64,000 nucleotides of DNA from Candidatus Heimdallarchaeum aukensis (GTDB taxonomy: Archaea; Asgardarchaeota; Heimdallarchaeia; Heimdallarchaeales; Heimdallarchaeaceae). Shown here one piece after another: positions 49,369 to 59,300 of the stretch (positions are counted from its first letter, which is position 1; the number at the start of each line of letters is the position of its first letter). The DNA is taken from positions 1,856,001 to 1,920,000 of the forward strand of contig CP084166.1 in NCBI GenBank assembly GCA_021513695.1, given 5' to 3'. The notes below the pieces were generated by a model that did no database searches, was not told the origin of the DNA, and saw only the letters and a list, made by a program, of their open reading frames with translations. The translations under genes and the position numbers were made by a program.

Positions 49369-50739
49369 ATGAATATGAAGCAACTGATTGAGTTAGAAGA
49401 AGATAAGAATTATGAGAAAGAAATTACGGAAAATTATAAAATAAGAGGCTTTAACGTAAAAATAATAAAATCAAATGATAGACTCTATTATATACCAGAA
49501 CCAATTTTTGATTTTGACGAATATACCTATTTATTTTCAGAACTAGTAGATATGTTATATAATATGAAAGATCGCTTAAGTGATAGAATCTTAAAGTTAG
49601 ATGAATTAATAAAAACAGTATCATCTATTATTTTTAGTAGATTAGAAAAAGAAAAATCTATTGTAGAAGATAAAAACATTATAGTGGAACTATTTACATA
49701 TAAATTAATTAAATTGGATAAATTAATGCCACTTTTCTATGATAACAGAATTAATGAGATATATATAGATAATGCAAAAACAGCAATATATATTGATCAT
49801 CAACTTTTTGGACGTTGTGAAACTACAATAGTTCTGTCAGAAGAAGAAATGCAAGCTTTAATTGCAAGACTAAAGCTAGAACACCCAATTTCGGTTTCAT
49901 ATAAAAATCCTTCATTAAAAGTAGAACTAGTATCACAATATTTTCATTTAAGAGTAGCAATTGATTTCCCACCATTATCACCAAATGGGCCAACTGTTAA
50001 TATAAGAAAAATAAAGGCAAATCCACTCACAATTTATGATTTAATCACTCTAGACTCATTTCCCCCAATAATTGGAGCTTACTTCATCGAAGCTGTTAAT
50101 CAAAGAAAAAATATAACCATAATAGGAGAGCCAAATGCAGGAAAAACAACGCTAGCAAATGCAATTGATTTATACACCCCAAAATTTTGGAGAAAAATTG
50201 TAATTGAAGATGCAATAGAATCTATAAATCAAAATAGATTAGGTTATAAACAAACAGTGATACAAGTAGATTCTTTTGATTCAAATAAATCAGATTACAA
50301 TAAAACGTCAGAGATTTTGAAATTGTTACACAGATCTCCTGACTGGATTTATTTAGGAGAGATACAAACAAAGGAACACACGAAGGCAATGTTTGAAGCT
50401 CTAAATGCAGGGCTAAAAGGAATCCAAACAGCACATTCTGATTCATTCGAGAAGTTGATTCGAAGATGGTCAAATTATGGTGTCTCAATGGACGATTTTC
50501 TCTCATTAGAAGTTGTAATAGTAATGGAGAGAAAAATAACTAATAATGGAAAAATATTACGAGTAGTTAAAGAGATATTTGAGATAAATGATAAAAACAA
50601 AAGCAAAAATCTTACTTTTTATCAAAAAGTATATGAAAAAACGTGGAATATGTCCAAAATTTGCGAAAGTTTACAAAACAATTCAATATTATCAGAAAGA
50701 TATGAACATATTTTATCGATAGAAAAAGAATTGCAATAA
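49369..50739 (+). CDS. Type IV pilus/secretion ATPase of the TadA/FlaI/VirB11 superfamily
   Basis: 456 aa with Walker A GEPNAGKTTLANA, an Asp box (VIEDAIE), Walker B/His box (WIYLGEIQTKEH...AHSDSF), and an N-terminal NEIYID region. Confidence 0.7.
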   Translation: MNMKQLIELEEDKNYEKEITENYKIRGFNVKIIKSNDRLYYIPEPIFDFDEYTYLFSELVDMLYNMKDRLSDRILKLDELIKTVSSIIFSRLEKEKSIVEDKNIIVELFTYKLIKLDKLMPLFYDNRINEIYIDNAKTAIYIDHQLFGRCETTIVLSEEEMQALIARLKLEHPISVSYKNPSLKVELVSQYFHLRVAIDFPPLSPNGPTVNIRKIKANPLTIYDLITLDSFPPIIGAYFIEAVNQRKNITIIGEPNAGKTTLANAIDLYTPKFWRKIVIEDAIESINQNRLGYKQTVIQVDSFDSNKSDYNKTSEILKLLHRSPDWIYLGEIQTKEHTKAMFEALNAGLKGIQTAHSDSFEKLIRRWSNYGVSMDDFLSLEVVIVMERKITNNGKILRVVKEIFEINDKNKSKNLTFYQKVYEKTWNMSKICESLQNNSILSERYEHILSIEKELQ

Positions 50740-50756
50740 TTGAAAATGGGGTATAA

Positions 50757-51569
50757 TTGTTGAATGAATATGTTACTAAAAAATTTGAAAATGAAAAATT
50801 ATATAATGTTATATCAAGATTTATCGTTGAAACATTATTGGTTAAAATTCAATTCAAAAAAGTAGAAACATCAATTTTTCCTGAGCATGTTAAGAAGTTA
50901 GTAACAAGAAGCAATATTGCATTTCTTCTCTCAATATTCATATTAGTAATTCAGCTAGTATTTATTAAATTAAATCTTCTATTGACAATATTTGTTTCAA
51001 TAATCACATATATTACAATTTTAGAAATATCAGCATTATCAACAGTATCAGCAATTTTAAGGCAAAAAAGTAAATTTGATGAACAGACATTCTTATTTAT
51101 TAATTCGCTTTCTATGAGTATGACAACGGTTCAATCACTACCTTTTGCTCTTGAAATGACAAATAAATTTGATATTCAAAATTCGAAATTAAGAAATTTT
51201 CAGAAGAAATTGATGTTCCAATTAAATTTAAATACAAATGAATCGCAAGTTTTGGAGAATGAAAAAAACTTTTTTGAGCATGAGGGATATCAACAAGCAT
51301 TTTCAAGAATAGCGAGAAAGGAATCTTTTATTGAATCAGACCCTTATTTTTTAAACAAAATAAAAAGAGAAATGACCGCTATTGAAGATAATATTTCCAT
51401 ATTCATAACTTTTTCTTCATTACTACCGCTAATTTTAAGCCTTATTGTGTCAATTATTCTTCCTAGTAATTCTTTTCTTATTTTCTTATTTCCATTATTG
51501 TATTCCCTAATTGGATCTTTTATTTTGCAATTCATACAATTTAGTAATGTTGGTGAAAAAAATGATTAA
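50757..51569 (+). CDS. TadB/TadC/FlaJ-like polytopic membrane protein (T2SS-F domain), first of two
   Basis: 270 aa with hydrophobic helices flanking a central soluble segment. Position immediately downstream of the ATPase. Confidence 0.45.
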   Translation: MLNEYVTKKFENEKLYNVISRFIVETLLVKIQFKKVETSIFPEHVKKLVTRSNIAFLLSIFILVIQLVFIKLNLLLTIFVSIITYITILEISALSTVSAILRQKSKFDEQTFLFINSLSMSMTTVQSLPFALEMTNKFDIQNSKLRNFQKKLMFQLNLNTNESQVLENEKNFFEHEGYQQAFSRIARKESFIESDPYFLNKIKREMTAIEDNISIFITFSSLLPLILSLIVSIILPSNSFLIFLFPLLYSLIGSFILQFIQFSNVGEKND

Positions 51570-52179
51570 ATTAAATGTTTCAGATAATACATTTTTAAAT
51601 GATATGGCAACATTATTAGAGGAAGGACATAATATTGAACAAGCAATATTCAACATACCATATATGGCAAGAGATGTATTATTAGAAATACAGCTTGGTT
51701 CTAATCCGATAAAGGCTCTATCACTTATAGAATTTCAATATCCAGTTATTATTAACTTGCTTGGTTCATTATCAAATGCCAATCACAAGGAAAACATAAC
51801 CAGAATAAAAGTAGTAGCAGCTCTTATAAAAAAGCGAAATGAAGCAATAAAAGAAAAAGAAAATTTAGTAAACATATTAAATCGAAGATTGAAGATAATT
51901 AGGATCATTACATTAGTAACTATTGCTATTATTGGAGGTATAGCTCCATTTTTCTCAGGTATATACTCTTTTTTAATAGACGGTCATATAAAATATTCAT
52001 TTGATTTATTTTCACCTATGTCAATTTCTTTTCTATTAATTAACTTACTGAATAATTATTTTCTGTTATCAATTAGCAAGGAGAGCAAAATTGGGTTAAA
52101 ACTAATTATAGCAGCTATAGTTCATATTGCAATCGTCTTAAGTGTAAAGATACTCTTTGGAGGAGTTGTTACTTTCTAA
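51511..52179 (+). CDS. TadB/TadC/FlaJ-like polytopic membrane protein, second of two
   Basis: 222 aa. N-terminal soluble helical segment (LLEEGHNIEQAI...) then two or three TM helices. Overlaps the preceding ORF, so the start is probably the internal Met. Confidence 0.45.
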   Translation: MDLLFCNSYNLVMLVKKMIKLNVSDNTFLNDMATLLEEGHNIEQAIFNIPYMARDVLLEIQLGSNPIKALSLIEFQYPVIINLLGSLSNANHKENITRIKVVAALIKKRNEAIKEKENLVNILNRRLKIIRIITLVTIAIIGGIAPFFSGIYSFLIDGHIKYSFDLFSPMSISFLLINLLNNYFLLSISKESKIGLKLIIAAIVHIAIVLSVKILFGGVVTF

Positions 52180-52294
52180 AAAAATTAACTATAAAATTCT
52201 ATCCAATCAAGTTAGAAACTTGAACAAAATTAAATCAACTTAATTAAGTACCGACAAACTTAAAAATCTCATATTGGCTCATAATACAAGAGAA

Positions 52295-52379
52295 GAGGAG
52301 ATTGCCGAGCGGTCAAAGGCGCTGGGATGAGGACCCAGTCCTTAGTGGTTCGGGAGTTCGAATCTCCCTCTCCTCACCA
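52295..52379 (+). tRNA. tRNA-Leu (anticodon GAG); CCA encoded
   Basis: Acceptor GAGGAGA/TCTCCTC, anticodon stem CTGGG/CCCAG with loop ATGAGGA, long variable arm, T arm GGGAG-TTCGAAT-CTCCC, then A-CCA. Confidence 0.8.
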
Positions 52380-52434
52380 CTTTTACAATTTTAAAAAATG
52401 TGGTGCTTATATAATTCTATAAGGATAATAAATA

Positions 52435-52617
52435 GTGGAAATGAAGAATATAATAAAAAATTTTAAACTTATACTAAAAAACAAAAAAGGTTCACCAATT
52501 CTAGAAGAAATTTTACTTATAGGAGTAGCCATTTTTATTTTTGTTATAGTTTTTACTGTTGTGTCAAGCATGTTAGATTGGGCCGAAGAAAATATAAAAG
52601 ACTTCTTTTTCTCATAA
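52435..52617 (+). CDS. Flp/Fap-like prepilin (class III signal peptide), putative
   Basis: 60 aa. A basic N-terminus ...KNKKG|SPILEEILLIGVAIFIFVIVF places Gly at -1 and Glu at +5 from the predicted cleavage site (the G/xxxxE pattern), followed by one hydrophobic helix. Confidence 0.4.
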   Translation: MEMKNIIKNFKLILKNKKGSPILEEILLIGVAIFIFVIVFTVVSSMLDWAEENIKDFFFS

Positions 52618-52655
52618 ACTCTTCTAAAAAAAGCAGTAAAATTATAGAAAAGAGT

Positions 52656-52733
52656 GGCGAGGCAGCCGGGATTTGAACCCGGGTCCATGGAGTGACAGTC
52701 CACGATCATCGACCGAGCTAAACTACTGCCCCG
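52656..52733 (-). tRNA. tRNA-Asp (anticodon GUC); CCA encoded
   Basis: Reverse complement: GGGGCAG acceptor, D arm GTTTAGCTCGGTCGATGATC (homologous to the canonical tRNA-Asp/Glu D arm), anticodon stem GTGGA/TCCAT with loop CTGTCAC, T arm CCGGG-TTCAAAT-CCCGG. Confidence 0.7.
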
Positions 52734-52980
52734 TTATTTTAACTCTACACCCCTTTAGATTCATATTTCATTTAAACTTATCGTTTTTTTACTTTTTGAA
52801 AGTATGGAAAAGATGGGTGAATATGAAGTTTAAAGAAATAAGTCTTCTAATGGCTTAAAGCAAACTATTTTTAAACAAACATACGGTGACATAGTGATCT
52901 TTCAATTGTTATGTAAGGATATTTGCTAAGGAAATATCTTAGTTGAGTTTAAATAGTGTTTTCTAATATTTAATAGTAGA

Positions 52981-53922
52981 ATGTCTCGCAATCTTATTCT
53001 TCTTACGCTACTTAAACACGCAGGATATATTCATGGAAGAATACAGTTCCAAAAATACGTTTTTCTTTTAGAACACAATTATCACCTAAATACTGGCTAT
53101 TCTTTTATTCCATTTAAATACGGACCGTACTGTCAAGCGTTACAAGAAGATTTGGAAGATTTAATAGAATATGGTTACATTTTCCACATTGAGGAAGATC
53201 GAGGAGACGGAGAAGTGATTCATAGATATCAACTAACAGAGTATGGTGAAGAATATTTACTAGAACACGACATTCCAGAAATTTACGAGCAAGTTATACA
53301 AGATCTATGCTACGATTTCAAAAACTATAGCATTAGACAGCTAATAGAGTATGTTTATGAAAATTATCCAGAATTTATAATAAATTCCGAAATAAAAACG
53401 GAATATTACAAGAAATATCCTCCGCTAAAAGATTTTATTCCTGCTAGTTCTCTTCAAAAATCAAACCCAATAATAACTCCCTCATTTACAAATTGGTTAG
53501 ATGAAGAATTAAACCTCATAAAAAAACAACTTAACGTAAAAGATTCAAACGATGAACTTGAATTTGAAATTGATGAACTAGTACTATCAATGTTTGAAAT
53601 AGCTTATGAAGACATCTACTCCGTTGTCGAGGAAATTTCATTTAATCTAATAATGGAAGACTTTGATGAATCAGGATCTATTAACACCCTACTTTATTAT
53701 ATTCTTGACATTTTAGAATCGCTGCTAAATGCACTCCGAGAAAATGATTTAATAACAGTTTATACGGAAATTACCAACATTAAAACTAATCTCTTAATGT
53801 TGAAAGAAAAAGTAGCTTTGAATAAAATATCACTAAAGTCGGAAATAACTAGAAAATTAGGTGAATTCATAGATGACACCAGATATTTAATAGATAGTAT
53901 TGATAAGGTAATTCTTCTCTAA
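52981..53922 (+). CDS. Hypothetical acidic protein with an N-terminal Panacea (DUF4065/SocA)-like segment
   Basis: 313 aa. The N-terminus RIQFQKYVFLLEHNY....GYSFIPFKYGPYCQALQEDLEDLIEYGY fits the Panacea pattern LQKLLY....G.P.F...F.A..YGPV....Y. The remainder is acidic and low complexity. Confidence 0.35.
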   Translation: MSRNLILLTLLKHAGYIHGRIQFQKYVFLLEHNYHLNTGYSFIPFKYGPYCQALQEDLEDLIEYGYIFHIEEDRGDGEVIHRYQLTEYGEEYLLEHDIPEIYEQVIQDLCYDFKNYSIRQLIEYVYENYPEFIINSEIKTEYYKKYPPLKDFIPASSLQKSNPIITPSFTNWLDEELNLIKKQLNVKDSNDELEFEIDELVLSMFEIAYEDIYSVVEEISFNLIMEDFDESGSINTLLYYILDILESLLNALRENDLITVYTEITNIKTNLLMLKEKVALNKISLKSEITRKLGEFIDDTRYLIDSIDKVILL

Positions 53923-54006
53923 GCAAAGAATTTCCATTAAGGCATATAAATAAGTTTTTTCTGTTATAAGTTCAGACAAATTATAAATATCTTGAAGATC
54001 TAGACA

Positions 54007-54483
54007 CTATAATAATTTCTGAAATTCATAGTTTTTTATTATATCTGATTCCTCAACAATAGAAACTTCTAGCATCGTATCGCCTTGAACTATTGCCTTT
54101 ACTACATCCATTCCTTTGACTACTTTTCCAAAAACAGTATGTTTACCATCTAGATGTTTACAGTTTTTTGGATTCAAAACAATAAAAAATTGTGAACCAT
54201 TTGTATCAGGACCAGAATTTGCCATAGAAACAGCTCCTAGCTCATGGTGTTGAACATCATTATCCAGCTCATCAGCAAACTCATATCCAGGTCCTCCGCG
54301 ACCTGTTCCAGTGGGGTCTCCACCTTGTACAACAAAGTCTGGTATCACCCTGTGAAATTTGACTCCATTATAGAATCCTTTCTTTGCTAGCATTACAAAA
54401 TTTTTTGTTGTATTTGGAGTCTGTTTATCATAAAATTCAATTTCAAATGTTCCTCTATTAGTTTTTACAATTGCCTTTGTCAT
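54007..54483 (-). CDS. ppiA: Cyclophilin-type peptidyl-prolyl cis-trans isomerase
   Basis: 158 aa with FHRVIPDFVVQGGDPTGTGRGGPGY and MANSGPDTNGSQFFI, the canonical cyclophilin motifs. Confidence 0.85.
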   Translation of the reverse strand: MTKAIVKTNRGTFEIEFYDKQTPNTTKNFVMLAKKGFYNGVKFHRVIPDFVVQGGDPTGTGRGGPGYEFADELDNDVQHHELGAVSMANSGPDTNGSQFFIVLNPKNCKHLDGKHTVFGKVVKGMDVVKAIVQGDTMLEVSIVEESDIIKNYEFQKLL

Positions 54484-54661
54484 TTTGATTAAAATCTATT
54501 CTCCTTTTACACTTTTTAACTTATTGATAGAAAAATCATTTTCTATTGTTTTCATAAGAATTTTTTTACCAACAAATATTGAAAATGACCAAGAGTGAAA
54601 ATAGCAGATTAAACATTTTTCTGCTTTGCAGATTTAAAAAAGAAAAGGTAATTTCTTAATT

Positions 54662-54862
54662 CTAACTTAAATTTGGACTGAATATATTACCTACAAAAAC
54701 AGCTACAATTAATATTAACGCAAAAGCGATTACATACCATGGACCAACTTTAACACCAGGTAAGTCTTCATCATAATAGCGCATTAATCCTGCCCCTGTT
54801 GCAGGCATTGGACTAGTATCACGACTTTTTCTTTTGGTTTGTCTTCGACTCATTGCTTTCAA
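54662..54862 (-). CDS. secG: Protein translocase subunit Sec61-beta (archaeal SecG)
   Basis: 66 aa with MPATGAGLMRYYDED...GVKVGP followed by a single C-terminal TM helix. Confidence 0.6.
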   Translation of the reverse strand: MKAMSRRQTKRKSRDTSPMPATGAGLMRYYDEDLPGVKVGPWYVIAFALILIVAVFVGNIFSPNLS

Positions 54863-55035
54863 AGTGGATTAAAAAATATGCTTTATATTATTTTTTATTT
54901 GTGGCACATATTAATAAAAGTCCAAAGTATTTTAAAAACTATTAGATGTCACTTTTTTCTAAAAATCCAACATAACAAAAGAAATAAATATGCAATAATA
55001 TGAAAAATTACAAAAAGGAAAAATCAAAACTTCTA

Positions 55036-55151
55036 GGCTCGGTAGCTCAGCAGGCTAGAGCGCAAGACTCATAATCTTGTGTTAAAGGGCTAGATATGGC
55101 TTGCGAGGAGAAATCTTGAGGTCGGGGGATCGAAACCCCCCCGAGCCACCA
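55036..55151 (+). tRNA. tRNA-Met/Ile2 (anticodon CAU) with a 39-nt anticodon-loop intron; T-loop AUCGAAA; CCA encoded
   Basis: Acceptor GGCTCGG/CCGAGCC, D arm GCTC-AGCAGGCT-AGAGC, anticodon stem CAAGA/TCTTG with loop CTCATAA. The insert is ATCTTGTGTTAAAGGGCTAGATATGGCTTGCGAGGAGAA, and TCTTG is repeated at both junctions. T arm GGGGG-ATCGAAA-CCCCC. Confidence 0.75.
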
Positions 55152-55330
55152 AAAGAAGAATAATTTTTTATTAAAGGCCGTTTTATCTTTGTTTTTAATG
55201 TAATATAAAATACTATTAATTTAATTTTAGTCCGCTATTTTGTGATAATACAATCCGTAAAAACAGAATTATTTATAACATCAGAATTATAAAAACTTAA
55301 CTTTTTCTATGTAAGATTAGAAGTCTATTA

Positions 55331-55744
55331 TTATTTATTGTAAAGATTATTAATAATTTTATTATATTTTACTTCATCTATTTTTTGTTCTCGATACAAG
55401 CCTAATTTTTCTCCTATTATCTTTGATAACAGGTGATAACAAGGTTCATTGCTATTCCTGTTAATTATACGAATATAGAAATCTCTACAATCACAATAGA
55501 GATTATCAATAATTACATAATTATTATTTGTTCCCTTTACAAGCCAAAAACTAAGGTTATTATTTAGATTCAGTTTTATTAAGTTTTGATTTTGTAGAAC
55601 TTTTATTGCTTTTTCTCCTCGATTTCCAAATAAGTTAATAACCTCATTTTCAAATGATTCAGAAAAAATCTTTTCCTCTTTGATTATTTTAAACAAAGTT
55701 TTTATTTTTTCATTTCTCATTATAAAATCTGATATCATTTTCAA
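55331..55744 (-). CDS. SWIM-type zinc-finger protein, hypothetical
   Basis: 137 aa with CDCRDFYIRIINRNSNEPCYH (CxCxnCxH). Confidence 0.4.
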   Translation of the reverse strand: MKMISDFIMRNEKIKTLFKIIKEEKIFSESFENEVINLFGNRGEKAIKVLQNQNLIKLNLNNNLSFWLVKGTNNNYVIIDNLYCDCRDFYIRIINRNSNEPCYHLLSKIIGEKLGLYREQKIDEVKYNKIINNLYNK

Positions 55745-55759
55745 ACTCAGTCATTAATA

Positions 55760-56203
55760 TTATTTTATTACTACATCAACTATATCAAATTGTCTTGTAA
55801 CCAATTGTTTAACTTTTTTTATTGTACGACCATCACGCCCAATTGCAAGTCCTATATCTTTCTGATCTACAGTTACAACAGCTACGCGACCATTTTTTCT
55901 GTTTTGAATAGAGACATCTTTAGGTATTATAGGAAGAAAGCAGTTTTTTATGAAAATTGATGGTTTACTTGAATATTCAATAATTTCCACGTCACGAGCA
56001 ATTAATTCTTTTAATTTGTTTATGTTTGTTCCTCTTTTTCCTATGGCTAATCCAGCTTGTCCTTCTTCAACCACAAATAAAACTTTATTTTCATTTTCGT
56101 CTATTATGCAATCCCTTATCCTTATATTTACAATGCCTTGATAAATTGTAATAAATTGCATTTCATCAATAGAAAGTTTAACTCCATTACCAGTCATTTT
56201 CAC
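55760..56203 (-). CDS. nusA: Archaeal NusA-like transcription factor (two KH domains)
   Basis: 147 aa with two KH GxxG loops (LAIGKRGTNINKL and LAIGRDGRTIKKV). Size typical of archaeal NusA. Confidence 0.75.
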   Translation of the reverse strand: MKMTGNGVKLSIDEMQFITIYQGIVNIRIRDCIIDENENKVLFVVEEGQAGLAIGKRGTNINKLKELIARDVEIIEYSSKPSIFIKNCFLPIIPKDVSIQNRKNGRVAVVTVDQKDIGLAIGRDGRTIKKVKQLVTRQFDIVDVVIK

Positions 56204-56397
56204 TCACAGATTTGTTATCAAAGTAACTCAATTAGTGCAATATGCTTTATATTTATGAATATTTTTCAATAGCTTTTTAATTCTTTGTATTCAAATATTT
56301 TTTACAAAACATGTCAAAAAACAACAGCTTTTTATTACAACACAGAATTCACAAACAAGAGAAATAATTTTTATGAATTCATAAAATAGGTGTTTTA

Positions 56398-59300
56398 ATG
56401 TCCAAAACTAAATTGAATAGCAGCTCACAAAAAAACAATAATGATAGGTGGGTTTACATAAATCGAATGTTTGACGAACTTGGATTAGTAAGACAACATC
56501 TCGACAGTTTTAATTCCTTTATTGAGCACGGTTTACAATCAGTTCTTGAGGAAATAAAAATCATTGAACCTGAAGATAGTGACTATTATATTCGATTAGA
56601 CAAAATAGAAGTAGAAGAACCAACTGTTCGTGAAGCAGACGGGTCTCAAAGTACAATTTATCCAATGGAAGCAAGAATTAGAAATTTAACTTATGCATCC
56701 CGAATGTTTTTGTATATGACTCCAATCAAGAGGGAAGCAGAGGGAGAAATAGACACTCCAAAAGAACAAGCTAGAGTATTTATTGGTTATTTACCTATTA
56801 TGCTAAAATCAAAAAAGTGTTCGTTATATAACCTATCGAAAGAGAGTTTAATTAGAAATGGTGAAGATCCAAGCGATCCAGGCGGATATTTTATAATTAA
56901 TGGAAGCGAAAGAGTAATTGTAACACAAGAAGATTTAGCACCCAATCGCATTTTAATAGAAGATGTATCAAGTAAAGGAAATATCACTTCTGAAGCCAAG
57001 GTATTCAGCGTAATTCATGGATTTAGAGCGCCAGTAACAGCTGAGCATACAGCTGATGGACAATTAAGAGTAAGCTTTCCTAGTATGCCAAGAAAAATAT
57101 CTTTGATTCTTTTAATGAGGGCGCTTGGAATAGAAAGAGATGATATGATTGCTATGGCAATAAGCCCTACGCCAAAACTTAGATCTCGCGTAATGTCAAT
57201 CCTCATGAGAGAAGATTCAGATATTGATTCAACAGAGAGTGCTCTTGACTATATTGGAAAGAGAGTAGCTGTTGGTCAGACAAAAGAATATAGAATAAAT
57301 AGAGCCCAACAAGTATTAGACAAGTATTTATTGCCACATTTAGGTAGTGACGAAAAATCTAGAATAAGGAAAGCATTCTTTTTGGCAAGGATGGCACAAA
57401 GATTACTAGAACTAGAAGCTGGAATTCGTCCAAAAGATGATAAAGATCATTACGCAAATAAAAGGTTGAAACTTGCAGGAGATCTTTTGTTAATGCTGTA
57501 CAGAGTAGCATTTCATGCTCTCTGTAGAGATATAAAATATCAATTGGAAAGAGTTACAGTAAGAGGAAAGAAACCAAACTTAAAAACCGCAGTGAGGGCA
57601 GATTTAATTACAGAAAGATTAAGACACGCTCTCGCCACAGGGAACTGGACCGGAGGAAAATCCGGAGTTAGTCAATTATTAGATAGAACAAACTACATGT
57701 CTGCATTAAGTCATTTAAGAAGAGTAGTAAGTCCATTAAGTAGAAGCCAACCTCATTTTGAAGCAAGAGATTTACACCCTACGCATTATGGAAAAATATG
57801 CCCAAATGAAACTCCTGAAGGGCCAAATTGTGGTTTAGTAAAAAATCTAGCTTTGCAAGCTTATATAAGCGTTGGAATTGATGAAAAAGTAGTTGAACAG
57901 AAACTCATCAAACTATTAAATTTGATTCCTATTAACTACGAAGAAATGACAACACCAGATTCTCCAGGAATGGATCTGTTAAAAGATCCTCAAAATACAA
58001 AAATATTTCTTAATGGAAGGTTCATTGGAATAGCAAAAGATGGTTGGGAATTCAGAAATAAGCTTATAGAAAAACGACGAAAAGGAGAATTTCATCATGA
58101 AGTTAACGTTTCATTCTATGAAGAAACTAATGAATTAATTATCAACTGTGACGCGGGAAGAGTAAGAAGGCCATTAATTGTTGTTGAAAATGGTGTTCCT
58201 TTAACATCTAAGATACCAGAATCCAAAGTTGCAAAAATAACTTGGTCAGAATTAATTCAAATGGGTGTCATCGAATACGTAGATGCAGAAGAAGAAGAGA
58301 ATTTACTTATTGCGCTAGATGAAAAGGGCATTACTAAAGAAACAACTCACATGGAAATTACTACAAGTACAATATTGGGAATATGTGCATCCTTAATTCC
58401 ATACCCAGAACACAATCGTTCAGATCGTAATGTATATGAAGCGGGTATGGCCAAACAAGCTTTAGGAGTATACGCAGCTAATTTCAAGTATAGAGTAGAC
58501 ACAAGAGCGCACATTCTTCATTATGCACAAAAACCTCTAGTAAAGACTCATGGAATGGATGCAATAAACTTCGATAACAGACCAGCAGGACAAAATTTCG
58601 TAGTAGCTGTACTTTCTTATGAAGGGTACAATATGGAAGATGCTCTTCTAATAAACAAAGCATCAATTGAAAGAGGATTAGGGAGAAGCACATTCTATAG
58701 AACATATGAAGCTGAAGAGCGAAAATATCCTAATGGACAGGAGGATACATTTGAAGTCCCAGACGACACAGTAAGAGGATATAAAGATGTGTCTCAGTAT
58801 GTTCACCTTGGAGAAGATGGCATAATCGAACCAGAAATAGAAGTAGATGGTAATCGAGGAGAAGTCTTAATTGGAAGAACTAGCCCCCCAAGATTTTTGG
58901 AAGAATATACTGAATTTGATGTACCACCACAAAACAGGAGAGAGACAAGTAAAGCAATGAGGCATGGAGAAAAAGGAATAAGCGATATGGTTATTTTAAC
59001 AGATACAAATGAAGGTAATAAGTTAGTAAAGGTTAGAGTTCGTTCAGATAGGATCCCTGAAATTGGCGATAAGTTTGCTTCAAGACATGGTCAAAAAGGA
59101 GTAATTGGATTAATAATACCACAAGAAGACATGCCCTTTACTGAGAACGGAATTGTTCCAGATATTATAATTAATCCTCATGCAGTGCCTAGCAGAATGA
59201 CAGTGGGAATGCTTATGGAACTCTTAGCTGGAAAAGCCGCAGCACAAAGAGGAAAAGAGATTTATGCTACAGCTTTTAGTGAAGTTTCAATTAAGGATTT

